Assembly (NCBI GenBank): GCA_977862235.1
Contig: OZ374565.1
Location: 744,001-808,000 of the forward strand
Source: Dudresnaya verticillata
Taxonomy: Eukaryota
Length of the DNA stretch: 64,000 nucleotides
Direction of reading: 5' to 3'
Shown here piece by piece: positions 1 through 11,928 of this stretch; positions within the stretch are counted from its first letter, which is position 1, and every line of letters begins with the position of its first letter. A program made the translations under genes and the position numbers. Below the pieces are notes generated by a model, which saw only the letters and a program-made list of their open reading frames with translations, was not told the origin of the DNA and searched no databases.

Positions 1-88
1 CGCGGGGTAACGGCGGCCGTATGCCCGTGGGCCAATCGTCTATGACGTGTTCGCGGGCCAACGGCGGTTGAAGTGCCGTCGGTAGACG

Positions 89-1371
89 TTGGCATATAAT
101 ACGCTCAAAGCGAAAAAGGTGCAGCCCTCCGCTTGCACCACACAAGGTCCAAGGACACTCTCAGAGTCTGCGGCCACGGCTACTGACAAGGTAGTCCAGT
201 CATGGACCACCCAGCCGGACAGTAGTCCAATCTATGGGATGCTTACCGAAATGGTTCCCCCGTTGGTTGCTCAGTCTCTCGAGGGTTTTGGGCAAGCAGC
301 GGACCCTTCAACTGGACCAAAATCTATACCCACAGGGGAAACCAAAGTGGAAAATAGGGAGGATGATGTCGTCCCTCCTGGCATCGTTCTACCAACCGAA
401 ACTGGTGATACAAATAAGAAACCCGAAGGGGATTTGTCGGACTCCGAAGGTAGTAAGAGTAACCGACACGGATCTGCGTCCAAGAAGTCTAAAAAGAAGA
501 AGAAGAAGGACAAGCAAAAGAAAAATAGGAAGAAACATTACTCATCTGAGTCTGACTCATCGTCAGTTACCTCAGATGGTTCAAGTTCGGATGATTCATC
601 CGATGATGACCGATGGCGTCGTCGCCGGTCGTCTAAACCTACAAGGGTCAGGAGGATTAAACCCCTGAATGACCTATTTACCAGAGTGGTTGGCTTTCAA
701 AGTTACTGATTGGATAACCGCTCAAGGCTTTACTCCTCGAGAATCTCTCGGAAAGTAAATACCTACTATAAGAGAATGGCTATTCAGATGCCACCCTCTC
801 GTTTCTCGGGGGTATACCTGATTAACATTTTGGGTTTCCTTGCAAGGTTCAAGTATTCCTGTAGTCACAATGATGTTCACGAAGGAGCAGCCGTTTGGTT
901 ATTACAATACTTTATGGCAGGAACCGCCAGGGACAACATTCAGGCGAGGCTGCAGGCAAGAACCACTATGGTCGTGGATTCCGAAGATGAGGGGGATTTG
1001 TTAACAACGTACCCCGAAGTGGTTAATTACCTTTTGGAAACTTATGCCACCGATGAGTTTATTGCGCAAGCCTATGCTGATGTGATCTCGGTGCGACAAG
1101 CAGAAGGAAAACGGAACGGGACTTCGCAAAATTAGTGAGAGCCAGGGCTCGCCGATGCCGGTCGGTGTTTACATAACACCGCCTCAAGGCGATCTTTGTT
1201 GATGGGCTCCTCCCGAGTATCCGTGCACCGGTTCGTATCCGGTTGGCTTCTTCAAAGTGTTTGTCCCATACTCAGATTACAAAATATGCACAAGACCTTG
1301 GGGAAGCTCATAGGAGTACACGTGGGACGACAAACCTAAAGGGAAAAAGTGGAGTAATCCCCGTTGCCGCG
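89..1371 (+). pseudogene. gag: Ty3/Gypsy gag remnant (element E), cut off at 1371 by the LTR of element D
   Basis: ORFs 89-709 and 710-1135 are in frame across one TGA. Lys/Ser/Arg-rich tract, then LNDLFTRVVGFQSY*L...ILGFLARFKYSC...EGAAVW...TYPEVVNYLLETYATDE, which aligns by eye with the gag of element B (LNDRFVKALDFRTYRL...VLGFLAKFKDAC...EGAALW; TYTEVVNVLLRTCATDE). Confidence 0.85.
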
Positions 1372-2218
1372 TGTGGCATAGCTGTAAGACCAGCTGTGCC
1401 ACGCACGCGCAGCTGTAAGAACAGCTGCGCCACGTGTGCACCGCTGTGCGCACGCTGTCAGCCGGTGGCGCCGAAGCCCCGCTGAACTGTAAGGAAGTGC
1501 GCAGTGGCGCCCGCGCGTGCACGTGTATGCGTGTGAGACTGAAACTCCCATGTAATTTCTAGGTCTATTTTTGTGTAGTGTACAGCACTGTCTAGTGTAA
1601 GCGGCGGTCGAACGCCCTGCTGTCCCGCGCGCCGTGCGCACGCACTCCGGCGTAGAGCCGTTGAGTGCATGACACGCTTCGACACGCGCGCGCGTACTCC
1701 GGCGTCGAGCCGTTCAGTACGTGTGGACCGTTTCGCCCACGCGCGCCCCCGGGTTACCGTTACCTGTACGCGTCGAAGCGTGTGGGGGCGCGACGGCGCA
1801 CCTCCCGGGCTGGTGCCGCCGCAAGCCCTGTAGTCTATTTAGTAGGCGCCCCTCTGGGCTTGAGTAAACAAGGCAAGCCAGCCTACTACAGGCTTGCCCC
1901 TTTCTGCTTTGGGTTTCTTTCCCAGTCCTTCGTCCTACGGCTTCCCTCTTTCCCTAGCCGCCTAGGCTTTCCTTTTCCTTTCCCTACCGTCGGCTTCGTG
2001 CCGCCCCACGACGGGGACGCAGGGATCCGGATGCTGCCGCCCGCGTACGGTACGCCTCGTGTGCGCTCAGGCTTCGACGCCGCTGATCCGCGATCATCGA
2101 CGGCGCGCGCGGCCGACACCACCGCTCTACCACCACCGCTACCACCCTTCGACGGGTCTGGGTGCGACTACGAGACCAGCCGCGCTAGACGTCAGTTCGA
2201 CCTGACGTCTATGCCACA
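1372..2218 (+). repeat. 5' LTR of element D (847 bp)
   Basis: Starts TGTGGCATAG and ends CTATGCCACA (perfect 10-bp inverted ends). PBS follows 1 nt later. Internal blocks are shared with the solo LTR at 5838-6612. Confidence 0.9.
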
Positions 2219-2219
2219 C

Positions 2220-2238
2220 TGGTCTCCCGACCTAGAAG
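2220..2238 (+). promoter_or_regulatory. Primer-binding site of element D
   Basis: TGGTCTCCCGACCTAGAAG just after the LTR; TGG is complementary to tRNA CCA. Confidence 0.9.
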
Positions 2239-2492
2239 TCGCAGAAGACCCTATCACCTCTCGCGTGGACGCGATCGAGGCCAAGAATGCCGCCGCTACC
2301 TACTTCGGCCGCTGCCGGTTCGACAGACGCCGCGGCAGGTGAAGTTGACGGTTGACGCAATTCCCTGCTGAGTAACGTCGGCGTCTCAGGAGCTCCCCTA
2401 GAGGAACTGCGCATCGAGCGCAGGGCGGCTATAGCCAAACCCCTAGTAGGGACAACGGTCTCTGCGACCTCCAGCTACTCTACGAGGAGACG

Positions 2493-4685
2493 ATGGACTC
2501 ATTTTCGGACGTGTACACCACCTTCATGGCCTCAGTCGCAGACGCTCGGGCACAAGGTCAGCGTGAACTGCAATCGCTTCGACGCGGAACTCTCGCCTCC
2601 GTCGAGGAAGGATTAACCCGAACTCAAGGGCTCCTCGACGAGCTACGCCAACGCGTTGAGTTGATTGAGCACGCACCGGCACGGTATGACCCGCAGGCGC
2701 CTAGCCCGTCGCCGGTGCGGAGCCGTCCTCCGCGATCGCCGTCTCAAGCGGATCCCGTTCGCGAGCTGACCAAAGCTCTCCTCGCTGAGCGTCGTGCTCA
2801 GCGAACTCCCCTTTATCCACCGGCCTCTCCGCATAGGAGTGGGCAAGGGTCCCCTCGCCCTACAAGACATGTCGACCCCTTCTACGGGGTCGACCCCAAG
2901 CTACTGCGACGCGCCCTCGACGGGCGCGGAGCTGGAGGGGCGTCTAGCCCCTCACCACACGAAGGCCCCGTGTCGGCCTACTGGCACTGGGGACCATTGA
3001 TGCCGGGCGTCGAGTCGCTGAGCACCTTGGTACCCGAATTCTCAAAGGCGATCGATTACCGCCGCTATCGTCTAGACGACATATGACAGCGGGACAATCA
3101 GCAGCAATGGCAACACGGCCAAGATTGTCAGCAGGATGAAGGCTCTCATGCCGCAGCTAGATCGCTACGACGGAAAGGAGCCCATCCGCTTGCTTGGCGT
3201 GCTTAGACAGCTACGCCAAGCCTTTAAAGGCGTCGGCCTGTCGGAAGGCGCAGCGGCGCAAGTGGTGTCCTGGGTCCTAGACGGAACGGCATCCCAGGTG
3301 TATTCAAGTCACCTTTTCTCGGGGTTCCGGACGACTAGTCGCGGCACTCCCCGTGCTGGGCCTCGGTGGTCAATACCCTCGTCGAGAGGTTCGTCACCGA
3401 CGACGTGATCGCCGACGCGCACGACCGATTCACCACCGCCCGGCAGCGGGACGCCGAGTCAGAACTGGGGTTCGCCTCTCGTCTAGAGGGCTACGCAGAT
3501 GACTGTGCCGGCGTCTACTGAGACGAGAACCTGACGCACCAGTTCCTGCGTGGTCTGCTTCCGACCACCCGACCCGCAGTGGCGGAGAAGGTAAGGCAGA
3601 TGCCGATGGTCGAGCAGACCAACTTCAGTACCGTTCGTCGGATCGCCCACAGTGAGGGCACCACCTACCGTGCCCGCATGGCCAAGGCGTCGACGCCGGC
3701 TATCGCTTCGGGGCGCGGTAGGGGAGCAGTTCGGCAAGCGGCCGCACGCTGCTTATCGAGGCGCCACACACCCCGGATAGGGAAGCGGCCTTCGACGGCA
3801 CGATGTTGGTGGCGCCCGATGACGATGGTTTCGAACCCGTCATGGTCGTGCCCGCGCTGTCGACAGCCGGGGCGGCGCAAGCCGAGGAGACTCTCGACAT
3901 ATCAGGACGCATCGACGCAGTCCTGCCGAGGAGGATACCTCCACTCACACCGGCGCAAGAAGCAATGGCCGGCGCTGTCACCCCTGATCGACAGGGGTGG
4001 TACATCTGCTGGTTCTGCCGTATATATAATGTACTCGTGCCCGTTCCTGACTAAGTAACATAAGTTGTACTGCGCGTATGCGAACTGCAACCATAGACTG
4101 GAGAGGCAGCCGCACGCGCGCAACAACTTGCAGCTGCTCATCGACAAGCGCATGCCGGCAGGCGCCAAGACAAGTTACCGCGCAAGAAGCTTCGACGAGC
4201 AGCGGGGTGGGGACCGACGCTTCGACGCGAGAGGTCCCCCGCAGCGTTTCGACGCGCAAAGGTATCTCGGGGAGCCGCGACGGTACCGCGGGGATCGTCG
4301 AGATCCGCGCCGCGATTAAGGAAGGGCAGACGTCCCGCGATTCCTTACTCGCGACAAGCGGGTCGGGTTTGACGACCAAGCCGGTCGCCAACCTCGGGCG
4401 TCGACGCCCTCGAGGCCCGACCCGCAGCGTGAACTGCTTCGAGCAGTGATGACCGTGCAGGAGCACACCGGGCTAGCAGCCGAAGAGTGGCTCCCGCGAG
4501 CGCTCGACGCGCATAGCAAGGGCGAGTCCGCCCGGGGGCAGGGCGAGCAGCTCCAGCTCTTTATTGACACACCGCCGCGATCGACGCGAGGCGCAGGCCG
4601 GGCGTCTAGTCAGCCAGTGGGATTCGAGGAAGATAGCTCGGATTCCGAAAATAATTTTGACCGGGTCGAACCGGAAAAAGAGTAA
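2493..4685 (+). pseudogene. gag: gag of element D (stops and frameshifts)
   Basis: Fragments KAIDYRRYRL, YDGKEPIRLLGVL...LSEGAA and a CWFC zinc-knuckle remnant, matching the gag motifs of elements A and B. Confidence 0.8.
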
Positions 4686-4964
4686 AGGCGGCACCGTTCG
4701 TGCGGTCGCGCGCACCGTCTCTCTCTACCCCAGACCCTCCATCCTCCGCAAAGTCGTCGACGGCAGGTGGGACGTCGAGTTCCAATCAACGAAGGACCTC
4801 CTCGCCAAGCAGCGCTGGGGGCCCCTACACGAAGAGCCGTCGAAGGCCACGCGCTCCAGGCCACCTTGGCCCCGCGGCGTCGATGAAAGCGAAAGGCACG
4901 TCGCCGAGCGCGTAGGTGTCCGTCTACGGAACCCGAGGCACCATCTGCTAGACGCGAAGGTTCC

Positions 4965-5837
4965 ATGGCTCACTGCGTCGCCGCGGAGCCGGCCACTACC
5001 CCAGATGGGTATGTGTGCCTATTGTCCTCGGAGATATACCGCGTGTCTGGGTCGCTCGGCGCTGACCCAGGGGTAATGATACCCCACACCATTGCGGTGG
5101 GCACCGGCTACGGGTACAACCTCATCGCGAAGCGGGTGCTGCCAACCGGATGGGATCAGCACGCGGTGGCGATGGAGTCGACTCCTCGCGTCGCTGGGGC
5201 TCATAAGACCCCACTGAGCCTATCAGGGGTGGCACACTTCTCGATGAGGTTGGGGAACACCACGTTCCGCGGGCCATTCATAGTGGCCGACACCTTGGCC
5301 GTCGACATCCTGGTGGGAACGCAGTTCCTCAACGCGCACGTGCGAGGCATCGACGTCGAATCAAAACGCCTATCGCTCCGATGCGGGGGCTCAGTGCCCC
5401 TCCTCAAGCGCAGTAGACCTGCCGAGGAAAGTAAGCCGGCATCGAAGCCGAAGAACCCGTCGACGGGTTTGTCAAGAAAGCACCAGAGGGAGCCCCTCGA
5501 CTGGAATCACGACACCCACACCATCCGCCTCTCTAGGCAGATGGTGCTCCCAGCCTATTCCCAAAGGCTCGTCTCCATGACGTCAGGAGCAAGTGGGCTG
5601 ATACACACCGAACCCAAACCCTCGTTGCAGTTCCGCCACGGCGTGAGACTTACAAACGGGGTGCACGACGTCGAGTCTATGCGACCCTTCGGGGTCATCA
5701 TCGGGAACTTCACTGACAAACCTCGGACCCTGCCTAAGGGTACCGTTGTCGGCTACGCGGTTAGGAACTCGGTTGCGCTGATAACTCCGGACCGCAAAGT
5801 CGCGGAGGAGTTCGGGCGGGTGATGAATATCACCACC
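4965..5837 (+). pseudogene. pol: Aspartic protease region of element D pol
   Basis: VGTGYGYNLI (decayed D[TS]GA motif) and AVDILVGTQFL. Rejoins the RT ORF in frame once the solo LTR and one TSD copy are removed (MNITT|LPPRGQ). Confidence 0.85.
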
Positions 5838-6612
5838 TGTAGTATAGCTGTCAGCACACTATCAGCAGCGGCTGTAAAGTATGCTGGCAGCCCTGCACTG
5901 TAATGGTGCACACGATGACGTCCGCTGGCGAGTCGTGGTTGGGCAGCGTGCCCTTAGTTTTTTCGTTGATTTAGTAGCGGACGGCCGCATTGCTGCCGGC
6001 AACGGCCGCGCGCCGTGCCGCACACGGCGCGCCCCTGTGACGTTCTCCGGCGTCGAGCCGTTGAGAGGGCCGCTGCCCGTTACGCCCCGCGCGCGCCCAC
6101 GGGTAACCGTTACCCGGACGTGTCGACACGTGTATGGGCGCGCGCTCGCACACCTCCCGCGTTGGTGTTGTGGGGCGCACCTACTGTAGAATTAGTCGTA
6201 GTGCGCATAGTGTAGGGTATTTAAGACTGTCAGCCATCGACGGCTCGGTAAACCGGGTAAGCAACAGCTCGCGCGGAAGCTTTCCCCCAGCCTTTTCGGG
6301 TTCGATCCCTTTGCTTTACGCCAGTGGGCGGTTCCCCTTTTCCCCCTTGCCTCGCTAGGCTTTTCCCCTTTCCTTTTCCTTTCCGTCGGCTTCGTGCAGC
6401 ACTTCGACAGGGACGCTGGGATCCGGCCGCTGCCTACCCGCGTACGGTACGCCCCGTGCGCGCTCCGGCATCGACGCCGTAGATCCGCACCTGCGGGGCG
6501 CACGCGGCCGACACCGCTCTACCAACCCCAACAGCTACCCATCGACGGGTCTGTGTGGCGGCTTCGGACCAGCAAGTATCAGACCTCGGATCGACCCGAC
6601 ATCTATACTACA
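5838..6612 (+). mobile_element. Solo LTR (775 bp) of a family related to D, inserted in D pol
   Basis: TGTAGTATAG...CTATACTACA perfect 10-bp inverted ends. TSD CCACC at 5833-5837 and 6613-6617. Shares CTCCGGCGTCGAGCCGTT, CCGTCGGCTTCGTGC and CCCGCGTACGGTACGCC with LTR 1372-2218. No adjacent PBS or PPT. Confidence 0.92.
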
Positions 6613-6617
6613 CCACC

Positions 6618-7655
6618 CTACCACCAAGGGGGCAGCGGCCTCCGGTCAACAAGGGTGGCGTCGAACCATCTACCTCGCCGTCGACGGCGAAGGGCATCGA
6701 CGCCCAGCCGCTGCAGGGCGCAGCTACCGCCGCAGCGAAGGCCAACCCGTTCGTCGAGGACTGGGAGGCGCAGGTCGACCTCTCGTCTATCGAAGACGAG
6801 GTCTCCCGCAAGGAGGTCCTCTCCGTGCTAAGGAAGCATCAGTCCATGTGGGACGGGAGGCTGGGCACCATTGCCGCCACCCGACACCACATCGACGTGG
6901 AACGGGGCACTCGCCTCATACGCTCCATTCCCTATCGACAGGGCCCTGCCATGCTCAAGCTGTTGCAGGACGAGGTGGATAACATGCTTCGTGCAGGGTT
7001 TATCGAACCCGCCACCTCGGAATGGGCATCGCCAGTAGTCCTGGCGCCCAAGAAGGACGGCACACTTAGGTTTTGCGTGGATTATCGACGTCTCAACACG
7101 AAAACGCTACGTGATTCGTACCCTCTACCGAGGACGGACGACTGCATCGACAGTCTAGGCGACGCAGCCGTCTTCTCGACTTTGGACTGCAACGCGGGGT
7201 ACTGGAAAATCCCTGTCGCAGAGGCTGACAGGGATAAGACCACGTTCACGTCGTTCTTAGGGATGTTTCGATACTTGCGAATGCCCTTCGGGCTGAAGAA
7301 CGCCCCCGCGACTTTCCAGCGCGCACTGGACATCCTCCTCAGCGGAGTCCGATGGCAGTGTTGTCTGATCTATCTAGACGATGTGATCATTTTTTCGCGG
7401 TCGACCGCGGAGCACGTTGGTCATCTAGACCAAGTGCTGACTCTGTTGCGCGGTTGCGCAATGGAGGAGTATCCCTGAAACTGAAGAAGTGCCACTTCTT
7501 TCAGTCGCACGTTGGATATCTAGGCCACGTCATCGAACCAGGGAAGCTACGCATGGCGCTGACAAGCAGCGACGCTTTCCGCCATGCGCAGTTCCCGACC
7601 TCCCTGACTAAGGTGAGTTCGTTCCTCGGAAATGTGCAATGTCTATCGCCGGTTC
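6618..7655 (+). pseudogene. pol: Reverse transcriptase of element D (5' part)
   Basis: SEWASPVVLAPKKDGTLRFCVDYRRLN, RMPFGLKNAPATFQR and YLDD; frameshifts after about 7450. Confidence 0.95.
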
Positions 7656-8253
7656 TGTAGCACAACGGGTCCAGCCCAGGAAGAGCAAAAGAACAAAGGA
7701 CACCTGTCCGGAACCGTCGTGCTCACAGGTAGCTCGGATGTGGTAGAGGCTTGGTAGAATGGCGCTAGGCCAGGAAAAAGGAAAGGGAAAAGGGGGACGC
7801 GACCCGGTATTCCGCAGGGAACCTGCCGTACGGTGACGAGCCTGTAGTTGGCGTCCAAAACGGGAACGGGAAGCGCCCGGAATCCAGAAAATGGTCAAGA
7901 CCGAGAAACTCCCCGTAGGGTTCAATCAGGGGTGCCCTGCTATTCAGGGGACCAATAAATAGGGCTTGTGCCCGTGCTAATACTACCTACTACAGTGTAC
8001 TGTACACGAATTACATTGAGCAATGGGAGGCGGATCTACGCCCCTGTGGCGGCGTATAATCGGGAAATATCCCAACGCCGCACCAATGATTAGGCGCCAA
8101 TTGCGTGTCTGAGGCGCAGATGATTTCGCGCCAGGCGCCAATCACGTGTCGCATCATGGCGCAGTCCAGCAATGCCAGCGCCTTACAGGGCATTGGCCCG
8201 TTACAACTTACAGCGTCGAGCGCCCACTTGGCGCAAATCGCCGTTATGTCACA
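7656..8253 (-). repeat. 3' LTR of element A (598 bp)
   Basis: TGTAGCACAACGG...CCGTTATGTCACA. By eye about 7 substitutions and one 1-bp indel versus 19653-20251. Confidence 0.97.
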
Positions 8254-8265
8254 CGGCCCCCCTCG
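8254..8265 (-). promoter_or_regulatory. Polypurine tract of element A
   Basis: Minus-strand CGAGGGGGGCCG abutting the 3' LTR. Confidence 0.7.
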
Positions 8266-8570
8266 TAAGACCGAGAGCCCGGCGAGGTCTGAACCGTTTC
8301 TGTGCCACAGTTTCCAATTTGCATTGGCGTTGTGCCCGATTTGTCGGGCCAAAGCCGGTGCAGCGTAACGTTGCGACTGGGACGCCGTCGACGAGAAGTC
8401 CCGCACTCTGAGCCAGCGCTCCGAAATAGTGAGCGTATATCAGGGTCGGCACCCGCGGCGTCGCAAGGTGTTTTGCGCCGGTACCCACCCCAACTCGCGC
8501 ACCCATCGCGGCCTCGTCGTCCTTCCTCCTCGAGCACGGGCAGCTCCTTCCCTCCACGCTTCCTCAGCGG

Positions 8571-11176
8571 GTGAGCCTTTTTGGCAATCTCCGCGTGTCA
8601 ACGCCGCGCGCGTGTCCTCCTCTCCACTTTGCGTCTCCCACGCGTAGGGAACGCCATCGCGAGTCGACGGTCGCACGACGCGGACATTCTCGCGCCCAAC
8701 GCACATCATCCTCCACAACTGACCATCTGGTCGAGGCAGCGCCTTTGCGGTTTCCAAAAGAAGACCTCCGGGCCAGGCCCATTGCAGGAGAGCTACAGAA
8801 TGTCTGCGATAGCCACTCACGCCTTGGCACCATGCCCGTGAATCCGCACTTCCAGTACGGACAGCCAGGGTCTTCCGACAATGTGGCGCCGGTCGCCGTG
8901 GTGGCGGGAGGCGTTCCCGCGGACATAGCGGCCAGCCGCGACTGGCAGGTGCGCACCGACCTGAACCATGTGCGGCCCATGGCAGGGGCCAATCGGGATG
9001 AGATACGCCGCTTGGGTGGGAAGAGGGCAGAAGCCAAGGCTTGGAACACGCTAATACGGACGCGGGTGAGTCATCTCTCGATGACGACGTTGCGTATCTC
9101 GACCCCGGGACTATTCCCCTTCGACTTAGCGCGCGCTCGTTGGCGCTGGGAAGTGCCGTGGGTGGAGAGCATGGCGAGCTTCATGAGCGACCGGAAGTAC
9201 GTCCTGGACGAAATTGCCTTGTCTGACAAGTATGACCTGCGGGCCGTAGGGCATAAGCGCCCCTTCATTCGCGCGGGCCGGGACAACTTTCCTTACAACA
9301 CCATGCGGATCACACTCCCGAATAACCGCACAACGTACAAGTACCATCTGGATACGTCGCAGACGGCTCTCCCACACGAAGCGGCCTGCTTTGAACGTCG
9401 CCAGCGGCATCGGACCCGTTGCTTGGTCCCGTGCCATTGTCAAGAGGTTACGGCTCTCAAGCCTGAGATGTTCACGAGTAAGTATCCTCAAATACCACCG
9501 GACTACGAATACTACGAAGTATCGTATTCGATGCCGGTGGGAGTGCCCACCATTGTCGCCTACCTAGGCTTGGAGTTGGTGCAGTCGTCCAACACGAGCC
9601 TGTTGTGGCTCCTCTACCGGCACAAATGGATCGTGCTGATCACCCAAGTCTTCATGTACGAGGCGCGGAAAGGCCGCCTATTGTTCATCAACCAGAAGAT
9701 ACGTGATGATATTCGCGAGATCGGCTCGTCGGAGTTTACGACCAATGCCGATGACGCCGTTGACTTGGACTCGCTCCTACTCTTTGTCGAGCGTATCGTC
9801 TGGCGACGAGTGTCGAAGCAAAATCGATTCTTGCCCGCAGATACGGGCACCATCACACCGGTGTTTGACCGTGGGGATTGGGTAGACTTCGACCCTGAGG
9901 CCTGGGTGCCGGATATTCCCGAAGACTTACTCAAGAGTGTCCCAGTGGACCCGGCTTCCTTGGAAGCCGATGAAGGCATGCGCTTGCGATCCGGCATTAC
10001 CGCGGGATGGGTGTGCAACAACTGCCAAGAGCCGAAGACGCCTGTGGAGGTGCCCGCGTACGATGCCTTGACCGATGATCAACCTCTGGGCCCCTACGCC
10101 CCTCCGGTTATTCACGGCCGTAGCAAGGGGACGCCGCGATTCGTGAAGTGTTCTGCCAACGCGGTTTGGCTGTGAGGCTCCACACTCACTGGAATATCCA
10201 GAATCTGACGGTGCACTCCCTCGCGGATTGGGTAGAAGCAGCCATGGTTGACTACAAAGCCTCGTGGCTTACGGTTCCGGGGCCCATCCATCGTATGTCG
10301 GAACATTTCCGAGGCTTGCCCCGTTTGGGCGAGTCCGCTAAGGTGGAGCGAGAAGCGCCTGTCGCGCGAGAAGAGTTGGCCAACACTGCGACCAGTTCGG
10401 CTCCAGTGGCATCTACAGCCATCGTTACCGCCCCCGTGGCCACTGCGTCGGCAGCTCCTGCTGGAGATACTCGAACCAGAGGCCGTCATGGCATCGGTTC
10501 AGCTGGGCGTCGAGCCCGTCAGGAGGAGGAGATAGTGCAAGGCTTGGCCATTCAAGGCGTCATCATACCTGGCAATCCGGGGAGTGTCCCACTTGCAGAG
10601 AGTCGCGATGATCGCGACGGCGACGCGGCAATGGCGTCTCTTCCTCCTATTTCGGAAGCTACCCTTGGGGCCACTCCGTCTCAAGAGCCAACAACAACGG
10701 CGGCAGCAACGGCACCGGCCAGCGGGGGAGATGAGGATCGGATTGAACCGGTCGCTCCTGCTGCGACGACTGCTCCAGCGTCCACTTCGGCCCCTGGGGC
10801 AGCGGTGATGTCTTCCCTGCCGCCGGGTGAGGCGCCGACGTCACTACCTATTGAAGGCAATGCGATGTCCAGGCCTGGCCCGATCGAGGCTGATTCTGTG
10901 CAACTCGTCTCTAGGACGGCAGCAGTGGTCAGCGCCAGGGTGTCGCCCGATTAGGAGTCGCAAGTCATGCCGGAAGAAGGCGGGGGCCTGGTTAAGACCG
11001 AGCTCGTCATTAAGGAAGAGCTCGAAGAGGAGCCAACTCCTATGGAAACGGACCCTGCTCAGCCGCGAGTGCGTCGCATCATCCGCGAAGTGCGGCGTAT
11101 CGTTCACCCGGTTGGTGCCGTGCGTCCAGCCAATGTGGACAACGACGAGGTAGTTGACCTGACGGAGGATGAGTAG
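8571..11176 (+). CDS. Antisense accessory ORF of element A, unknown function (one frameshift near 10150, one in-frame TAG at 10952-10954)
   Basis: ORFs 8571-10175, 10148-10954 and 10967-11176; first ATG at 8832. Homologous to ORFs at the same position in B and C and to 21103-22300. AATAAA at 11269-11274. Confidence 0.8.
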
Positions 11177-11928
11177 ACTCCCATCCTCCTGTTGCTCATC
11201 AGGGCGTTTAGCCCAAGACGTTAGTGCGGGCTTGCCGCGTAGAAGTTAATGTCTGTGCATTAGTTAAGAATAAAAGTCACTGTTGACGGGGGAATTTGCC
11301 AAGCTAATGGCCACCGCCAACATTGGTTGGGTTAGTGTTAACGTTAAAGTGTGCGTCGTGCGCGAGTTAGCCTCGTTGGTTTGTACAGTAGGTCAGGGGC
11401 CTCAGCCCTGTTCCAGCTTCCTGGAATAGGAAGTGAGCCTCCGCTCCATGACACCTGCGCCGTTGGGCAGAGAGAGAAGAGGGCCATTATCCTCGGATGC
11501 CAAGCGTAGCGGCGAACGGGTCGAGAACGCCCTCTAGCGTCGCGTCGAGGCCAGCCTCTACGGCAGAGAGCTTGCTGCCTTCCCCCTCGTAGTGGGGAAG
11601 GAGACAGTTGTTTCCAAAACGATGCTTGGCGTACGTGCGCGTACAATACTCGGTATCATACCGTCGCCAGACAGTGTCCTTTCCCACTTGAGATATATCT
11701 CCTCTCGCTGTGCGGCCACAGTACGCCCAACGGCACCAATTTCCAGCACTGTGCTATTTTGGCTTACACCTCTGCCCGTGGCATCGGACGATGCCGCCTC
11801 GCACTGTATCAGGCCGTGAAGCCAAAGGGGGCGTTGAGGCTGAGATATCTCTACCATAGGGTAATCCGCCTATCTCCAGGCGCTTGCCAACTCCCGTTCC
11901 AATGGGGGAGCTATGTCGCATACGCGAG

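Noticed and set aside
1665..2342. ORFs inside LTRs (also 51323-51964, 62527-62934, 8011-8406)
   Set aside because: They cross LTR boundaries and are expected by chance in GC-rich sequence.
8571..11176. Interpreting the third ORF as a retroviral env gene
   Set aside because: It is antisense to gag-pol, and I see no signal peptide or C-terminal transmembrane anchor.
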